A stretch of 32,000 bases of DNA, from assembly GCF_003231495.1 (NCBI RefSeq), contig NZ_PQWO01000018.1, forward strand, positions 61,285 to 93,284, given 5' to 3'. Position numbers and translations under genes: made by a program. The notes under the pieces are model-generated. The model was not told the DNA's origin and made no database searches. It was given only the letters and a program-made list of their open reading frames with translations. Numbering within the stretch: the first letter of the stretch is position 1; every line of letters starts with the position of its first letter. Below are positions 1 to 9,503 of the stretch, in pieces. Source of the DNA: Acaryochloris thomasi RCC1774 (lineage in GTDB: Bacteria; Cyanobacteriota; Cyanobacteriia; Thermosynechococcales; Thermosynechococcaceae).

Positions 1-283
1 GAATGCCGCCCAGAGACCAGCCCAGAATAATGCAGTCGTTGAGATGATATTGATCCCAGAGGACATCTAAATCTCGCAGATGATCTGACATCTCAAAGAA
101 CGACTGAGTCTGACTGCGACCATAGCCTCGCAGGTCGGGCGCAATCGTAAGGTAATGCTGCGACAGAGTAGAAGTGAAGACTGATAGGCTTGCACTCGAG
201 CCAGGATGTCCATGTAGGCAGAGAATCGGAACTCCCTCACCCTGAACGCTGACCGCTAAAGATGCTGTTGATTGAGTCGACAC
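1..283 (-). CDS. alpha/beta-fold hydrolase (N-terminal part; C-terminus lies beyond the left edge of the window)
   Basis: Not in the ORF track. My minus-strand translation from GTG at 283-281 reads VSTQSTASLAVSVQGEGVPILCLHGHPGSSASLSVFTSTLSQHYLTIAPDLRGYGRSQ...LNDCIILGWSLGGI. It has an HGxP oxyanion-hole motif and a GxSxG nucleophile elbow (GWSLG). An in-frame TGA lies just upstream of the GTG. Confidence 0.6.
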   Translation of the reverse strand, partial: MSTQSTASLAVSVQGEGVPILCLHGHPGSSASLSVFTSTLSQHYLTIAPDLRGYGRSQTQSFFEMSDHLRDLDVLWDQYHLNDCIILGWSLGGI

Positions 284-601
284 GACTTTCTTGCCTCAAA
301 ATGATTAATAATCTAACAGGCCGGTTGAGAATTCTTCCAGTTTTCTAACGAAGGACCAGCAATCTTAAGAAAACATCGAATATTCGGACTTTTACAAATT
401 GAGTCCGCGACAATGGAGTTACAGAAACTCAGTAGGGCAGACTTAGATTTTGAAGGTTAGAATTCTGTTCTGTGAGTTAGTTGTAAGTACACCTAGCTAG
501 AGGGTTCATGTAGCCGCTCATCTCAATAATTTAGCCTTACATATTTGCATTTCTATGCATACTTCAATCGTCTAAGCCCTGTGACTTATTGGTCAGTCAA
601 A

Positions 602-1171
602 ATGAAGGGGTTGGGGCTTGTTAGTTTCGGACTGCTACTTGGGTGGTTCTATTGGCAGCAGCAACCTAAAGTAGAACCCCAAGCCGTTTTAGTCTTAGGG
701 GGTGCACCGCATCGGGAACGATTTGCCGCTCAGTTTGCCCAGCAGCACCCAGATTTGCCTATTTGGGTATCAGGCGGAAGTAATCCTGAGTATGCTGAGT
801 GGGTATTCGAACAAGCTGGAATTAACGAGCAGCGAGTTCATCTTGACTATGAAGCAATCGATACTCTGACCAACTTTACAACTCTCGTTGATCGGTTCAA
901 GTCCGAAGGTATTACCCACGTTTATTTGATGACCTCTGATTACCATATACGACGAGCTAGTTGGATGGGGCAAATCATCTTAGGAAGCCGAGGTATCCAT
1001 TTTGAGCCGATTGCGATTCCCACTCAACTGCAGGCAGAACCCCTTCAGGTTGCGGTATTTGATGGTGGACGGGCTTTACTCTGGGTGGCAACGGGGCAAA
1101 CTGGCGAGTCACTGAAGCCTATGCTGGAGCTGCAGGGCATGAATTTAGAGCGACATATTGCTCAACCCTAA
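602..1171 (+). CDS. DUF218 / YdcF-SanA-ElyC family protein with N-terminal membrane anchor
   Basis: ORF 545..1171. I prefer the ATG at 602 (MKGLGLVSFGLLLGWFYW is a TM helix) over the TTG at 545. The VLVLGG ... TSDYHIRRA pattern is typical of DUF218. Confidence 0.65.
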   Translation: MKGLGLVSFGLLLGWFYWQQQPKVEPQAVLVLGGAPHRERFAAQFAQQHPDLPIWVSGGSNPEYAEWVFEQAGINEQRVHLDYEAIDTLTNFTTLVDRFKSEGITHVYLMTSDYHIRRASWMGQIILGSRGIHFEPIAIPTQLQAEPLQVAVFDGGRALLWVATGQTGESLKPMLELQGMNLERHIAQP

Positions 1172-1182
1172 AGACGCTGGAT

Positions 1183-1962
1183 ATGGAAGCCCGATTACAA
1201 AAGATTCTTTCCCAATGGGGAATAGCCTCTCGCCGTCAGGCAGAAAGAATGATCCAAGCCGGTCAGGTCACCTTGAACGATCGGCCTGCCCAACTTGGAG
1301 ACAAGGCGGACCCAGAGCGAGACATCATTGAAGTTAATGGTGACCGCATCTATCCTCAGCAGCGGCCTGAATTGGTCTATTTGCTTTTGCATAAACCCGC
1401 GGGTGTGATTACAACCTGCCATGATCCTCAACAGCGTTCAACAATTTTCGATCTCTTGCCTCAGCATCATACTCACAAAGGGCTGCATCCAGTTGGGCGG
1501 CTTGATGCGGACTCAACGGGTGCTTTACTGATTACAAATGACGGTCAACTGACCTGTGCATTGACCCATCCCCGCTATCATATTCCCAAGACTTATCAAG
1601 TGCGGGTTCAAGGTTGTCCATCGGCAGATGCTTTGAAACGTTGGCGTCAGGGGATCATGCTAGCGGGTCAGAAGACCCTGCCCGCGAAGGTTACAATCTG
1701 CCAAAGAGAGGGCGATCAAACAAAATTGGAAGTTATCCTCCGAGAGGGAAGAAATCGTCAGATTCGTAGGATTGCAAAACAGCTGGGTTACCCCGTGCTA
1801 AGTCTGCACCGCAGCAAAATTGGGCCAGTGTGTTTAGAAAGCCCGACAGGTGGCTTGCTGTGCAGTGGGAAATACCGTCACTTAACCCAACGTGAGGTCG
1901 ATCGTTTACGGCCTATGATCGCTAATAGCGCCAGATATCATCAAGAGGAGTGCCCCATATGA
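1183..1962 (+). CDS. pseudouridine synthase, RsuA/RluB/RluF family (S4 domain plus catalytic domain)
   Basis: N-terminal S4-like RNA-binding segment (LQKILSQWGIASRRQAERMIQAG-V-LN). Catalytic motif GRLDADSTGALLITNDG with the conserved Asp. REGRNRQIRR motif. Confidence 0.85.
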   Translation: MEARLQKILSQWGIASRRQAERMIQAGQVTLNDRPAQLGDKADPERDIIEVNGDRIYPQQRPELVYLLLHKPAGVITTCHDPQQRSTIFDLLPQHHTHKGLHPVGRLDADSTGALLITNDGQLTCALTHPRYHIPKTYQVRVQGCPSADALKRWRQGIMLAGQKTLPAKVTICQREGDQTKLEVILREGRNRQIRRIAKQLGYPVLSLHRSKIGPVCLESPTGGLLCSGKYRHLTQREVDRLRPMIANSARYHQEECPI

Positions 1963-2780
1963 GTTCGCCAGAGTTTGAGGAAAAGTCTGCTATGACCTTG
2001 GGGGAAGTTGGCGCTCATCTTAGGGAGGTTCGTCAACAGCAGTCAATGGATTTAGACGAAATTTCAGCACAAACCCTGATCCCAACACGTCTACTGACCG
2101 CTATTGAAGAGGGCCGTGTTCAAGATCTGCCTGAACTCATCTATACGCGAGGTATGATTCGACGCTTTGCAAATACCCTCGGTCTTGATGGCGCAGAGTT
2201 AGTCGCGAGCTTGGGCGGTGGCCAAGCCCCTCAGAAAAATCTCGTGAAGTCAAAAAAGGGGGCTAGCGGTGCTAGTCTAAAGCCCATCCATTTATATCTG
2301 CTATACATCGTGGTTATTGTGGCAGCAGGTAGTGGATTGTCTTACATGATTAATCAGTCGGCTTTGACTCTAGGGGGGGACTCAGTGAATGCTCCTAGTT
2401 CTGGGCCTTCTGGCGGCGAGGAGCCAGCGCCGGAAGCTGTAGCTTCGCCTTCGCCCAAGGCCAATGCTCCGGCTCCGAAGGTCAGTTCTGCCCCCTTGCG
2501 TATTGACCTAAGCGTGAAGCAGGATGCTTGGATTGAGATTTTTGTTGATGGTCAGAAGAGCTATGCCGGTACCTTGACGGCAGGTACTAATCGGACAATC
2601 ACGGGTCAGAAAAAACTTGTCGTTCGCTCCGGTAATGCTGGGGGCGTCCTCTTGGCCGTGAATAAAAAGCCCGCTCAGTTGATGGGCAAGTTGGGAGCCG
2701 TTAAAGAAGTTGTGATTGAGCCAGAGAATACCAATCAATCTAATCAAGCCATCAATCCAAGCATTACTGCTGAGGGATAG
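1959..2780 (+). CDS. rodZ: RodZ-like protein (XRE-type HTH, TM helix, Pro/Ala-rich linker, DUF4115-like C-terminal domain)
   Basis: ORF 1950..2780. The ATG at 1959-1961 overlaps the upstream TGA (1960-1962) as ATGA, and GAGGAG at 1945-1950 sits 8 nt upstream, so 1959 is the likely start. HTH region LGEVGAHLREVRQQQSMDLDEISAQTLIPTRLLTAIEEG. TM segment IHLYLLYIVVIVAAGSGLSY. C-terminal motif WIEIFVDGQ...G...R..GNAGGV. Confidence 0.7.
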   Translation: MSSPEFEEKSAMTLGEVGAHLREVRQQQSMDLDEISAQTLIPTRLLTAIEEGRVQDLPELIYTRGMIRRFANTLGLDGAELVASLGGGQAPQKNLVKSKKGASGASLKPIHLYLLYIVVIVAAGSGLSYMINQSALTLGGDSVNAPSSGPSGGEEPAPEAVASPSPKANAPAPKVSSAPLRIDLSVKQDAWIEIFVDGQKSYAGTLTAGTNRTITGQKKLVVRSGNAGGVLLAVNKKPAQLMGKLGAVKEVVIEPENTNQSNQAINPSITAEG

Positions 2781-2854
2781 TGGATGTTCATAGCCTTTCC
2801 CTTTGTTCCTTAAGTTAAGCTGGGCTAATAATGGGGTTTTGCAAGAGTCTCTCG

Positions 2855-4258
2855 CTAAACCCAGGAGAGCCATGGGTGGAGGCGTAGCCGTAGATTCCAG
2901 TCAGCTTGCGAAAGAGGTAGGCCAAGATAGATAGGAAGCCAGAACAAAAAACCGAACACGGCTAGCGATAGCATCATCATGGCTATAATCCGTAGGACTC
3001 TGTTGGGATGGTCAAGATATCCATCCGTTATCCATGCTGCAGCTAGGCTGCTGAAGGTGGCGGCAGGCATATAGTGATAAATAAACGTGCAGCGACTGAC
3101 TAGGATCCAAGGCAGTAAATTGGTGGTGTAGTTGATGCATAAATATAGGGGCACCCACAGTGTTGTTTCTGCTGGTTCAGAGGGCGCTTCAGTCCCTGCC
3201 TTGGCGCCTAAATCAGTCATGATTCTCCTGTATCCCCAATACAGCAACTGACCGAGCAAGAATAAAATGGCTAAGGTCGAGGCCCACCATAGAGGGGGAT
3301 TGCCCATGCCGTGAACATCAAAAATCCAGGGTGTGCTCTCTTCGGGTAAAGGGGGACCGTAAATCGGGACCCGTGCTGTGGGACTGGTCGCTCGTTGGTA
3401 AAAGTAACTGAGGGAGCGCTGCATTAACGGCCAGGTATACCAAGGGGCACAGTAGGGATGTACGTCTGGACCGCTGCCAACACGATGATGATAGGTCAGC
3501 ATCTCGTAGTGGAGTTGCCAAAAATTGTAGTCAGGATTTTGTCGTAGATGGGGAATCCAGATCAGCCCATAGCAGATCAGGGCGATGCTTCCCATATAGC
3601 CTGCCACCACGGGAGGAGAAAGGCGAGATAGTCTTACAGCCTGTTTCCATGGAGATAAAAGATTGAGTTTTGCTAACGTCCAACAGATTGCCCAGAGCAG
3701 ATAAAGCCCCAGAACTAATCCGAGGCCGTTCCACTTGACCGCAGCTGTCGCACCGATGCAGAGGGCCGATAGGGTTAGCCATAGCCAGCGATGACGGCTT
3801 TCTAAAGCGGATAGAAAACAGTAATGAATGAGGAGGCCAAAGAATAGTAGATATATGTTGATGAGCGCGTAACGAGACTCAACAAGGAGCAGGCCGTCCA
3901 GGACAGCGAAGGCCCCCGCAAGCAGGGCAAAGCGTGGACGATGTGATAGACGATAGGCGATGCCAGCAATGATGATCGGGATGAAAGACCCGACTAGCGC
4001 ATTCATCCAACGATAGCCCCAAGGCGTAAAGCCCTGAAGCCAAATCCCTATTGCGATTAGGTATTTGCCAAGGGGGGGGTGAGCGTCAAAGAAAGGGGTG
4101 TGGGTAAGGTAGTTGTGCCCAAAATTTGCGAAATAAACTTCGTCGAAGACTAGGGTGTCAAAGCGATCAAGGCCCCAGAAGCGCAGCAGTAAAGCAACGA
4201 TCCACAAGAGACCCAGGCCAATTGCCCATGAGGTCTTTCCTAGCCGAGGCTTCAGCAT
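2855..4258 (-). CDS. PMT-family (GT39-like) phospholipid-carrier-dependent glycosyl/mannosyltransferase, polytopic membrane protein
   Basis: ORF 2855..4369. The first 37 codons overlap the htrA 3' end, so I use the ATG at 4258-4256 (MLKPRLGKTSW), 7 nt after the htrA stop. It has many TM helices. The first-loop motif LVFDEVYFANFGHNY carries the Asp-Glu pair (D at 4144-4142, E at 4141-4139) characteristic of protein O-mannosyltransferases. Confidence 0.7.
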   Translation of the reverse strand: MLKPRLGKTSWAIGLGLLWIVALLLRFWGLDRFDTLVFDEVYFANFGHNYLTHTPFFDAHPPLGKYLIAIGIWLQGFTPWGYRWMNALVGSFIPIIIAGIAYRLSHRPRFALLAGAFAVLDGLLLVESRYALINIYLLFFGLLIHYCFLSALESRHRWLWLTLSALCIGATAAVKWNGLGLVLGLYLLWAICWTLAKLNLLSPWKQAVRLSRLSPPVVAGYMGSIALICYGLIWIPHLRQNPDYNFWQLHYEMLTYHHRVGSGPDVHPYCAPWYTWPLMQRSLSYFYQRATSPTARVPIYGPPLPEESTPWIFDVHGMGNPPLWWASTLAILFLLGQLLYWGYRRIMTDLGAKAGTEAPSEPAETTLWVPLYLCINYTTNLLPWILVSRCTFIYHYMPAATFSSLAAAWITDGYLDHPNRVLRIIAMMMLSLAVFGFLFWLPIYLGLPLSQADWNLRLRLHPWLSWV

Positions 4259-4265
4259 CGGAGGG

Positions 4266-5495
4266 TTAGGCCGCTCCCTGCAGCTCACCGGTACGGATTG
4301 CAAATACTTGTGTCTGCTCTCCGCGCTGAATTTCGAGCTGAAGCTGCTGACCGACCTGGCAGTTCTCAACTAGAGTCTGCAGCTGACTGGCTTTTTGCAC
4401 CGGCTGATCGTCAACGCTGAGGATGACATCACCCCATCGAATCCCTGCTAAGGCTGCGGGGGTGTTAGGAAAAACCTGCACGACCAAAACACCCTGGGTC
4501 TCGGGCAATAGAACAGGAGAGTTAGGATTGCGGTTGTTCTCTTGGGCGGCTTCAGGGGTGAGGGTGGTCATCTGGACGCCAATGTAGGGATGAAGGATTT
4601 GCTCCCCTCTAACCAGTCGATCTTTTAAGCTCTTGGCTTTGTCAATGGGAATGGCGAAGCCGATCCCCATGGCGTCGGCTCGAATGGCGGTGTTGATGCC
4701 GATCACTTCGCCGCGATCGCTCAGTAGCGGCCCACCTGAATTCCCGGGGTTGATGGCGGCATCGGTTTGTATGAAGTCTAGACGCTTGCCAGGGATGCCA
4801 ATTTCAGCGCTGGTGCGGTGGAGAGTGCTGACAATGCCTAGGGTAACGGTGTTGTCGAGGCCGACAGGATTACCGACAGCGATGGCCCAGTCGCCGACTT
4901 CGACCTGTTCAGAGTTGCCTAGAGGAGCAACGGGTAAGCTACTGTCTACGTCTTTGAGTTTAACAACAGCAAGATCCGAGACCTCATCAACGCCCCGCAC
5001 TTCGCCCTTGTATTCGCGGCCATCTTTGAGGGTGACGGTGACGGTGTCTGCTTTGCTAACCACGTGGGCGTTGGTCAAGACAATCCCGGTCTCATCAATA
5101 ATGAAGCCAGAACCTTGGCCCCTCAGCCGATCTTCGTGGGGACCGCGAGGGAATGCCCCAGGACCAAAGAATTCACGCAGAGAGGGGTCATCGAAGAAAG
5201 AGTCGGTTGAGGAATGTTTAATGGTCTGCTCGGTGTCAATGCGAACGACGGTGGGACCAACGGTATCCAGCGCCTCGGCAATAAAGTTGCGGGGTTTGAA
5301 ATTTTGAGCTGTATCTATAAGTTGTTCAGCACTTTCGACCGGGATAGCTGCGGGGTGAGTGATGACGATGGATAAACCAGCGATGGCTGCAGGGGGAGTA
5401 AACCCGAACCAGAAAAGAGCGATTAGGCTCAACAACGACAGCCAATTTGAGGCTGAGGGTCGTCTCGGTACTGTCTGGCTCATAGATGTCCTCAA
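4266..5495 (-). CDS. htrA: HtrA/DegP-family periplasmic serine protease (trypsin-like domain plus one PDZ domain)
   Basis: N-terminal signal/anchor (NWLSLLSLIALFWFGF). Catalytic triad context TNAHVV, DLAVVKL and GNSGGPL. C-terminal PDZ-like region (GVLVVQVFPNTPAALAGIRWGDVILSVDDQPV). Confidence 0.9.
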   Translation of the reverse strand: MRTSMSQTVPRRPSASNWLSLLSLIALFWFGFTPPAAIAGLSIVITHPAAIPVESAEQLIDTAQNFKPRNFIAEALDTVGPTVVRIDTEQTIKHSSTDSFFDDPSLREFFGPGAFPRGPHEDRLRGQGSGFIIDETGIVLTNAHVVSKADTVTVTLKDGREYKGEVRGVDEVSDLAVVKLKDVDSSLPVAPLGNSEQVEVGDWAIAVGNPVGLDNTVTLGIVSTLHRTSAEIGIPGKRLDFIQTDAAINPGNSGGPLLSDRGEVIGINTAIRADAMGIGFAIPIDKAKSLKDRLVRGEQILHPYIGVQMTTLTPEAAQENNRNPNSPVLLPETQGVLVVQVFPNTPAALAGIRWGDVILSVDDQPVQKASQLQTLVENCQVGQQLQLEIQRGEQTQVFAIRTGELQGAA

Positions 5496-5596
5496 TTGGG
5501 CAGCAACGCTTTACGCTATAACAAGTTTAATCGTTTCCAATCTTCGCGTTCTATCTCGCCGGTTGGGTTCTCCGTACTGATTCTGTTTGATATACC

Positions 5597-6025
5597 ATGA
5601 GCCAATCATCTGCCTCTGTGACTGAATTGACCAATCCGATCCCGAGCGCTGATCCAAAGTACGGTGAGCGGTCGATTGAGGAGGGTGAGCTGACGACGTT
5701 TCCTAATCCACGACCGGGACGGCGCTATAGCATCCAAATTTCGCTACCGGAATTTACCTGCAAGTGTCCCTTTTCTGGCTACCCTGATTTTGCGACGATT
5801 CACCTGACCTACAGTCCCGATCAGCGAGTGGTGGAACTGAAGGCGCTGAAGCTGTATATCAATGGCTACCGCGATCGCTATATTTCGCATGAGGAATCAA
5901 TCAATCAGATTATGGATGATATTGTGGCCGCCATCGATCCGCTGGAGATTGGGGTGAAGGGTGACTTTTCTCCGCGTGGGAATGTCCATACCGTGATTGA
6001 GGTCAGCCATCAGAAGGCATCATGA
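5597..6025 (+). CDS. queF: NADPH-dependent 7-cyano-7-deazaguanine (preQ0) reductase, type I QueF
   Basis: Diagnostic QueF motif EFTCKCPFSGYPDFATIHLTYSP with the catalytic Cys. About 140 aa, the size of unimodular QueF. E(S/L)K..K.Y motif (VELKALKLYI). Confidence 0.9.
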   Translation: MSQSSASVTELTNPIPSADPKYGERSIEEGELTTFPNPRPGRRYSIQISLPEFTCKCPFSGYPDFATIHLTYSPDQRVVELKALKLYINGYRDRYISHEESINQIMDDIVAAIDPLEIGVKGDFSPRGNVHTVIEVSHQKAS

Positions 6026-6738
6026 GCATTCCTGAGTCTTCTGAGATTCAAGCTATTTTTGATCGTATTGCCCCGGTCTATGATGACCTCAACTTCTGGC
6101 TGAGTTTGGGGCAGCATCGTGTTTGGAAGCTGATGGCGGTGAAGTGGGCGGATCCGCAACCAGGCGATCGAGGTTTGGATATTTGCTGCGGCAGTGGTGA
6201 TTTAGCGAGGCTGCTGGCGCGGCGGGTTATACCTAGCGGGACAGTGGTGGGAGCTGATTTTTCGGCCAAGATGTTGGCTGTGGCCGCTAGCGCGACTCCT
6301 TTGTCAGAGATGGGCCGGAGAGCGGCTATCGAATGGGTTGAGGGTGATGCTCTGGCGCTTCCCTTTGCAGATGCCTCTTTTGACTGCGCCACGATGGGGT
6401 ATGGGTTGCGAAACGTGACCGATATTCCTAAATGTCTGCGAGAGATTCACCGGGTGCTGAAGCCGGGTGCAAAAGCTGCCATTTTAGATTTTCATCGCCC
6501 TCGTCAGCCTTTGCTGCAAAACTTTCAGCAGTGGTATTTACAGTCTGTGGTGGTGCCAGTGGCTGAACGCTATGGGCTAACGGAGGAATATGCCTATATT
6601 ATGCCGAGCTTGGAACGCTTCCCTACGGGTACTCAACAGGTTCAGTTGGCGGTCGATGCGGGATTTGCTGCTGTTCACTACCCCATCTCAGGTGGGATGA
6701 TGGGGGTGTTGGTGCTTACCAAGCCGGAGGATGGATAA
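6022..6738 (+). CDS. menG: demethyl(phyllo/mena)quinone methyltransferase, UbiE/MenG family SAM-dependent methyltransferase
   Basis: The ATG at 6022 overlaps the queF TGA (ATGA). Family N-terminal motif FDRIAPVYDDLNFWLSLGQHRVWK. SAM motif I LDICCGSGD. GYGLRNV motif. Confidence 0.85.
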   Translation: MSIPESSEIQAIFDRIAPVYDDLNFWLSLGQHRVWKLMAVKWADPQPGDRGLDICCGSGDLARLLARRVIPSGTVVGADFSAKMLAVAASATPLSEMGRRAAIEWVEGDALALPFADASFDCATMGYGLRNVTDIPKCLREIHRVLKPGAKAAILDFHRPRQPLLQNFQQWYLQSVVVPVAERYGLTEEYAYIMPSLERFPTGTQQVQLAVDAGFAAVHYPISGGMMGVLVLTKPEDG

Positions 6739-6740
6739 AG

Positions 6741-7646
6741 ATGCAGGAGGTTGCGATCGCACCTAAGTTCAAGCTATGGATGGCGGCAATCAAACCCCCC
6801 ATGTATACGGTGGCGGTGATCCCGATTTCGGTGGGAACGGCGGTGGCCTTTAGCGAAACGCAGCGGTTTGATCTCGGGATTTATCTGACGTTCCTAGGTT
6901 CGGCAATTTTGATTATTGCTTGGTTGAACCTCAGTAATGACGTTTTTGATGCGGATACCGGTATTGATAAGAATAAGGCCCATTCTGTTGTGAATCTGAC
7001 GGGCAATCAATCGTTGGTGTTTTGGATCAGTAATGTGTTTTTGGCCTTAGGGGTTCTGGGGGTGGTTGCGATCGCAACCCAACAAAAAGACCCCACCCTC
7101 ATCGGCATCATCTTGCTTTGCTGCGCTTTAGGCTACACCTACCAAGGCCCCCCCTTTCGCTTGGGCTATCAAGGGCTAGGTGAACTGATCTGCTTTATTA
7201 CCTTTGGTCCCCTTGCCATTGCTGCTGCCTACTACTCTCAGGCCCAGACCTTCTCTACGCTGGGGCTAGCGGTGGGCACCCTCATCGGCATCAGCACCTC
7301 AATTATTTTGTTTTGCTCCCATTTCCATCAGGTCAAAGATGATTTAGCAGCGGGCAAGCGATCCCCAATTGTTCGTTTGGGAACGGCTCGGGGAGCTAAC
7401 GTTTTAGGATGGGCCACCGCCAGCCTTTATCTGCTGACATTGACCTGGGTGGGGTTAGGTGTTTTCTCTCCTTGGACATTGCTGGTGTTTGCCAGTCTCC
7501 CCTTTGCCATTCAGCTTGTGCGGCACGTGCAGCGCTACCACGATCAGCCAGAGCGAGTCAGCAACTGTAAGTTCTTCGCCGTTAATCTGCAGTTTGTGAG
7601 CGGGGTGTTATTTGCGATCTCATTTACTCTGCCTGGGCTGCTGTAA
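6741..7646 (+). CDS. menA: 1,4-dihydroxy-2-naphthoate phytyl/polyprenyltransferase (UbiA superfamily)
   Basis: Starts 2 nt after the menG stop. Eight or more TM helices. UbiA-type Asp-rich motif NDVFDADTGIDKNK and a second motif region KDDLAAGKRSPIVRLG. Confidence 0.85.
   Translation: MQEVAIAPKFKLWMAAIKPPMYTVAVIPISVGTAVAFSETQRFDLGIYLTFLGSAILIIAWLNLSNDVFDADTGIDKNKAHSVVNLTGNQSLVFWISNVFLALGVLGVVAIATQQKDPTLIGIILLCCALGYTYQGPPFRLGYQGLGELICFITFGPLAIAAAYYSQAQTFSTLGLAVGTLIGISTSIILFCSHFHQVKDDLAAGKRSPIVRLGTARGANVLGWATASLYLLTLTWVGLGVFSPWTLLVFASLPFAIQLVRHVQRYHDQPERVSNCKFFAVNLQFVSGVLFAISFTLPGLL
7064..7079. repeat. HIP1 site embedded in a perfect 16-nt palindrome GGTTGCGATCGCAACC (example of the HIP1 family; see findings for all 17 coordinates)
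   Basis: Read directly: ggttgcgatcgcaacc is its own reverse complement, with core GCGATCGC at 7068-7075. Confidence 0.95.
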
Positions 7647-7818
7647 ATTTTCTGCGGAGAGTTCTCTTCCCTACGCCTCTAAAAACCTAACTGCCTCCAT
7701 CGATCAGGCGGAGCACAGATCTTTCTGATTGGCACTGGAATCATGTTGTTTGAGCGCGAACTCCGTTATCATATGCCTTGCGGCTTTCGTAACGTTCGAT
7801 TTTAAGGCACACAGCAGC

Positions 7819-9297
7819 ATGAAAATTCAAGCAACCGATACCCGTCCCCTTGATTGGGCTGGTGATTGCCTCGGCTTAGGCTTTTTTGAAGATGCCGTTG
7901 ATCTCCAGGCGCTCAATGCTGATTCCGACCGCTTGAGTCTGCTGCAGGACTTAGTAGATACATCAGAATTCAAAGGTAAATCTGGAGAGACAGCCTGGAC
8001 TCGGATTGCTGGCTCTAGTCCCGTGCGGCTTGTCGTGCTGGTGGGCCTAGGCAAATCAGAAGACTTCAAGCTTGATAGCCTACGGTTAGCTGCTGCAACG
8101 ATTGCTCGGACAGTACAAAAGCAAAAATGTAAAACTGTCGGGATGCATTTGCCCGTCTGGAACCAGAATGCAGCTCAATCGGCTCAGGCAATGGCTGAAG
8201 GTATTGGTCTTGCGCTTCATCAAGACAACCGGTTTAAATCTGAACCTGAAGAAAATGGACAGACAAACGGCCTGCCTGAGCAGGTTGAACTGCTGGCTAT
8301 TGGATCTCAGCCCGAAGCGATCAAGACCGCACACCAAGTTTGTCAGGGCGTGATCTTAGCGCGTGAGCTTGTGGCTGCACCCGCCAATGTCGTGACTCCC
8401 ACGATGCTTGCAGAGACTGCGGGTACCCTTGCTTCAGAATATGGCCTTACTCTCGAAGTCCTTGAGCAAGCAGACTGTGAGCAGCAGGGGATGGGCGCGT
8501 TCTTAGGCGTTTCTAAAGCCTCTGAAATGCCTCCGAAATTTATTCACCTCACCTACACGCCGTCTGGCGGAGCTAAGCGGAAGCTTGCCATTATTGGCAA
8601 GGGCGTCACCTTTGATTCTGGGGGCCTCAATCTCAAAGGCAGCGGCAGCGGCATTGAAACGATGAAAATGGATATGGCTGGTTCTGCCGCAACGCTGGGC
8701 GCTGCCAAAGTCATTGGACAGCTTAAGCCTGACACCGAAGTTCATTTTATTGTGGCTGCTGCGGAAAATATGATCAGTGGGCGAGCACTGCACCCCGGCG
8801 ATATTCTCACGGCGTCGAACGGTAAAACGATTGAAATTAATAACACCGATGCTGAAGGGCGCTTGACGCTGGCGGATGCCCTTGTCTTTGCTGAGAAGCT
8901 AGAGGTTGATGCGATTGTAGATTTAGCAACTCTTACCGGAGCCTGCATTGTGGCTTTAGGAAACGATATTGCGGGTCTGTGGACCCCAGAGGATCAGTTA
9001 GCCCAGGAGTTAACCCAAGCCTCTGACTTAGCGGGCGAGAAATTCTGGCGAATGCCCCTCGAAGACAAGTATTTTGAGGGTCTCAAATCACCGATTGCTG
9101 ATATGAAAAATACGGGTCCGCGTCCCGGTGGCTCGATTACGGCAGCACTTTTTCTGCAGCAGTTCGTCACAGATACGGCCTGGGCACACTTAGATGTTGC
9201 AGGCCCGGTCTGGACTGAAAAGGAAGGCGGCTATAACAATGTGGGAGCGACAGGTTTCGCAGTGCGCACACTGGTTAACTGGGTATTGGGATCCTAG
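7819..9297 (+). CDS. pepA: leucyl aminopeptidase, M17 family
   Basis: ORF 7729..9297. I prefer the ATG at 7819 ([13 protein letters not shown], the usual M17 N-terminus). Metal/active-site motifs [18 protein letters not shown] and [14 protein letters not shown]. Confidence 0.9.
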   Translation: MKIQATDTRPLDWAGDCLGLGFFEDAVDLQALNADSDRLSLLQDLVDTSEFKGKSGETAWTRIAGSSPVRLVVLVGLGKSEDFKLDSLRLAAATIARTVQKQKCKTVGMHLPVWNQNAAQSAQAMAEGIGLALHQDNRFKSEPEENGQTNGLPEQVELLAIGSQPEAIKTAHQVCQGVILARELVAAPANVVTPTMLAETAGTLASEYGLTLEVLEQADCEQQGMGAFLGVSKASEMPPKFIHLTYTPSGGAKRKLAIIGKGVTFDSGGLNLKGSGSGIETMKMDMAGSAATLGAAKVIGQLKPDTEVHFIVAAAENMISGRALHPGDILTASNGKTIEINNTDAEGRLTLADALVFAEKLEVDAIVDLATLTGACIVALGNDIAGLWTPEDQLAQELTQASDLAGEKFWRMPLEDKYFEGLKSPIADMKNTGPRPGGSITAALFLQQFVTDTAWAHLDVAGPVWTEKEGGYNNVGATGFAVRTLVNWVLGS

Positions 9298-9503
9298 AAC
9301 CCTATTCGCCTTTGTTGGCTTTGGGGCAAAATAGAGTTAGCCGTTGTCTCAATATGGATCCAAGATCTGAAGATCTTTGCATTTTTTCTGCTGCCTTTGA
9401 TTGTTTCGCGGTCCACACTATAAAAAGATGGTTTCCGCATTAGTGGGTGCAGGCGTTTTTAGCATCTATATCGCGTTCCATAATCAATGCGCTTGGAAAC
9501 AGC

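Noticed and set aside
2508-2873. 121-aa minus-strand ORF overlapping the RodZ-like gene 3' end
   Set aside because: It has no motifs and overlaps a better-supported gene. It is probably a chance open frame.
4633-5307. 224-aa plus-strand ORF antisense to htrA
   Set aside because: This is a shadow ORF inside a strongly supported protease gene. The translation is Ser/Arg/Pro/Thr-rich with no recognisable motif, which is typical of the antisense frame of a GC-rich gene.
5496-5596. Looked for a preQ1 riboswitch upstream of queF
   Set aside because: I could not find the preQ1-I/II consensus (short hairpin plus A-rich tail ending in CUA). Also, queF is not the usual riboswitch-controlled gene.
9361-9387. 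AAGAT-CTGAAG-ATCTT hairpin plus T-run, 64 nt after the pepA stop, as a terminator
   Set aside because: The stem is only 5 AT-rich base pairs. That is too weak to call with confidence.
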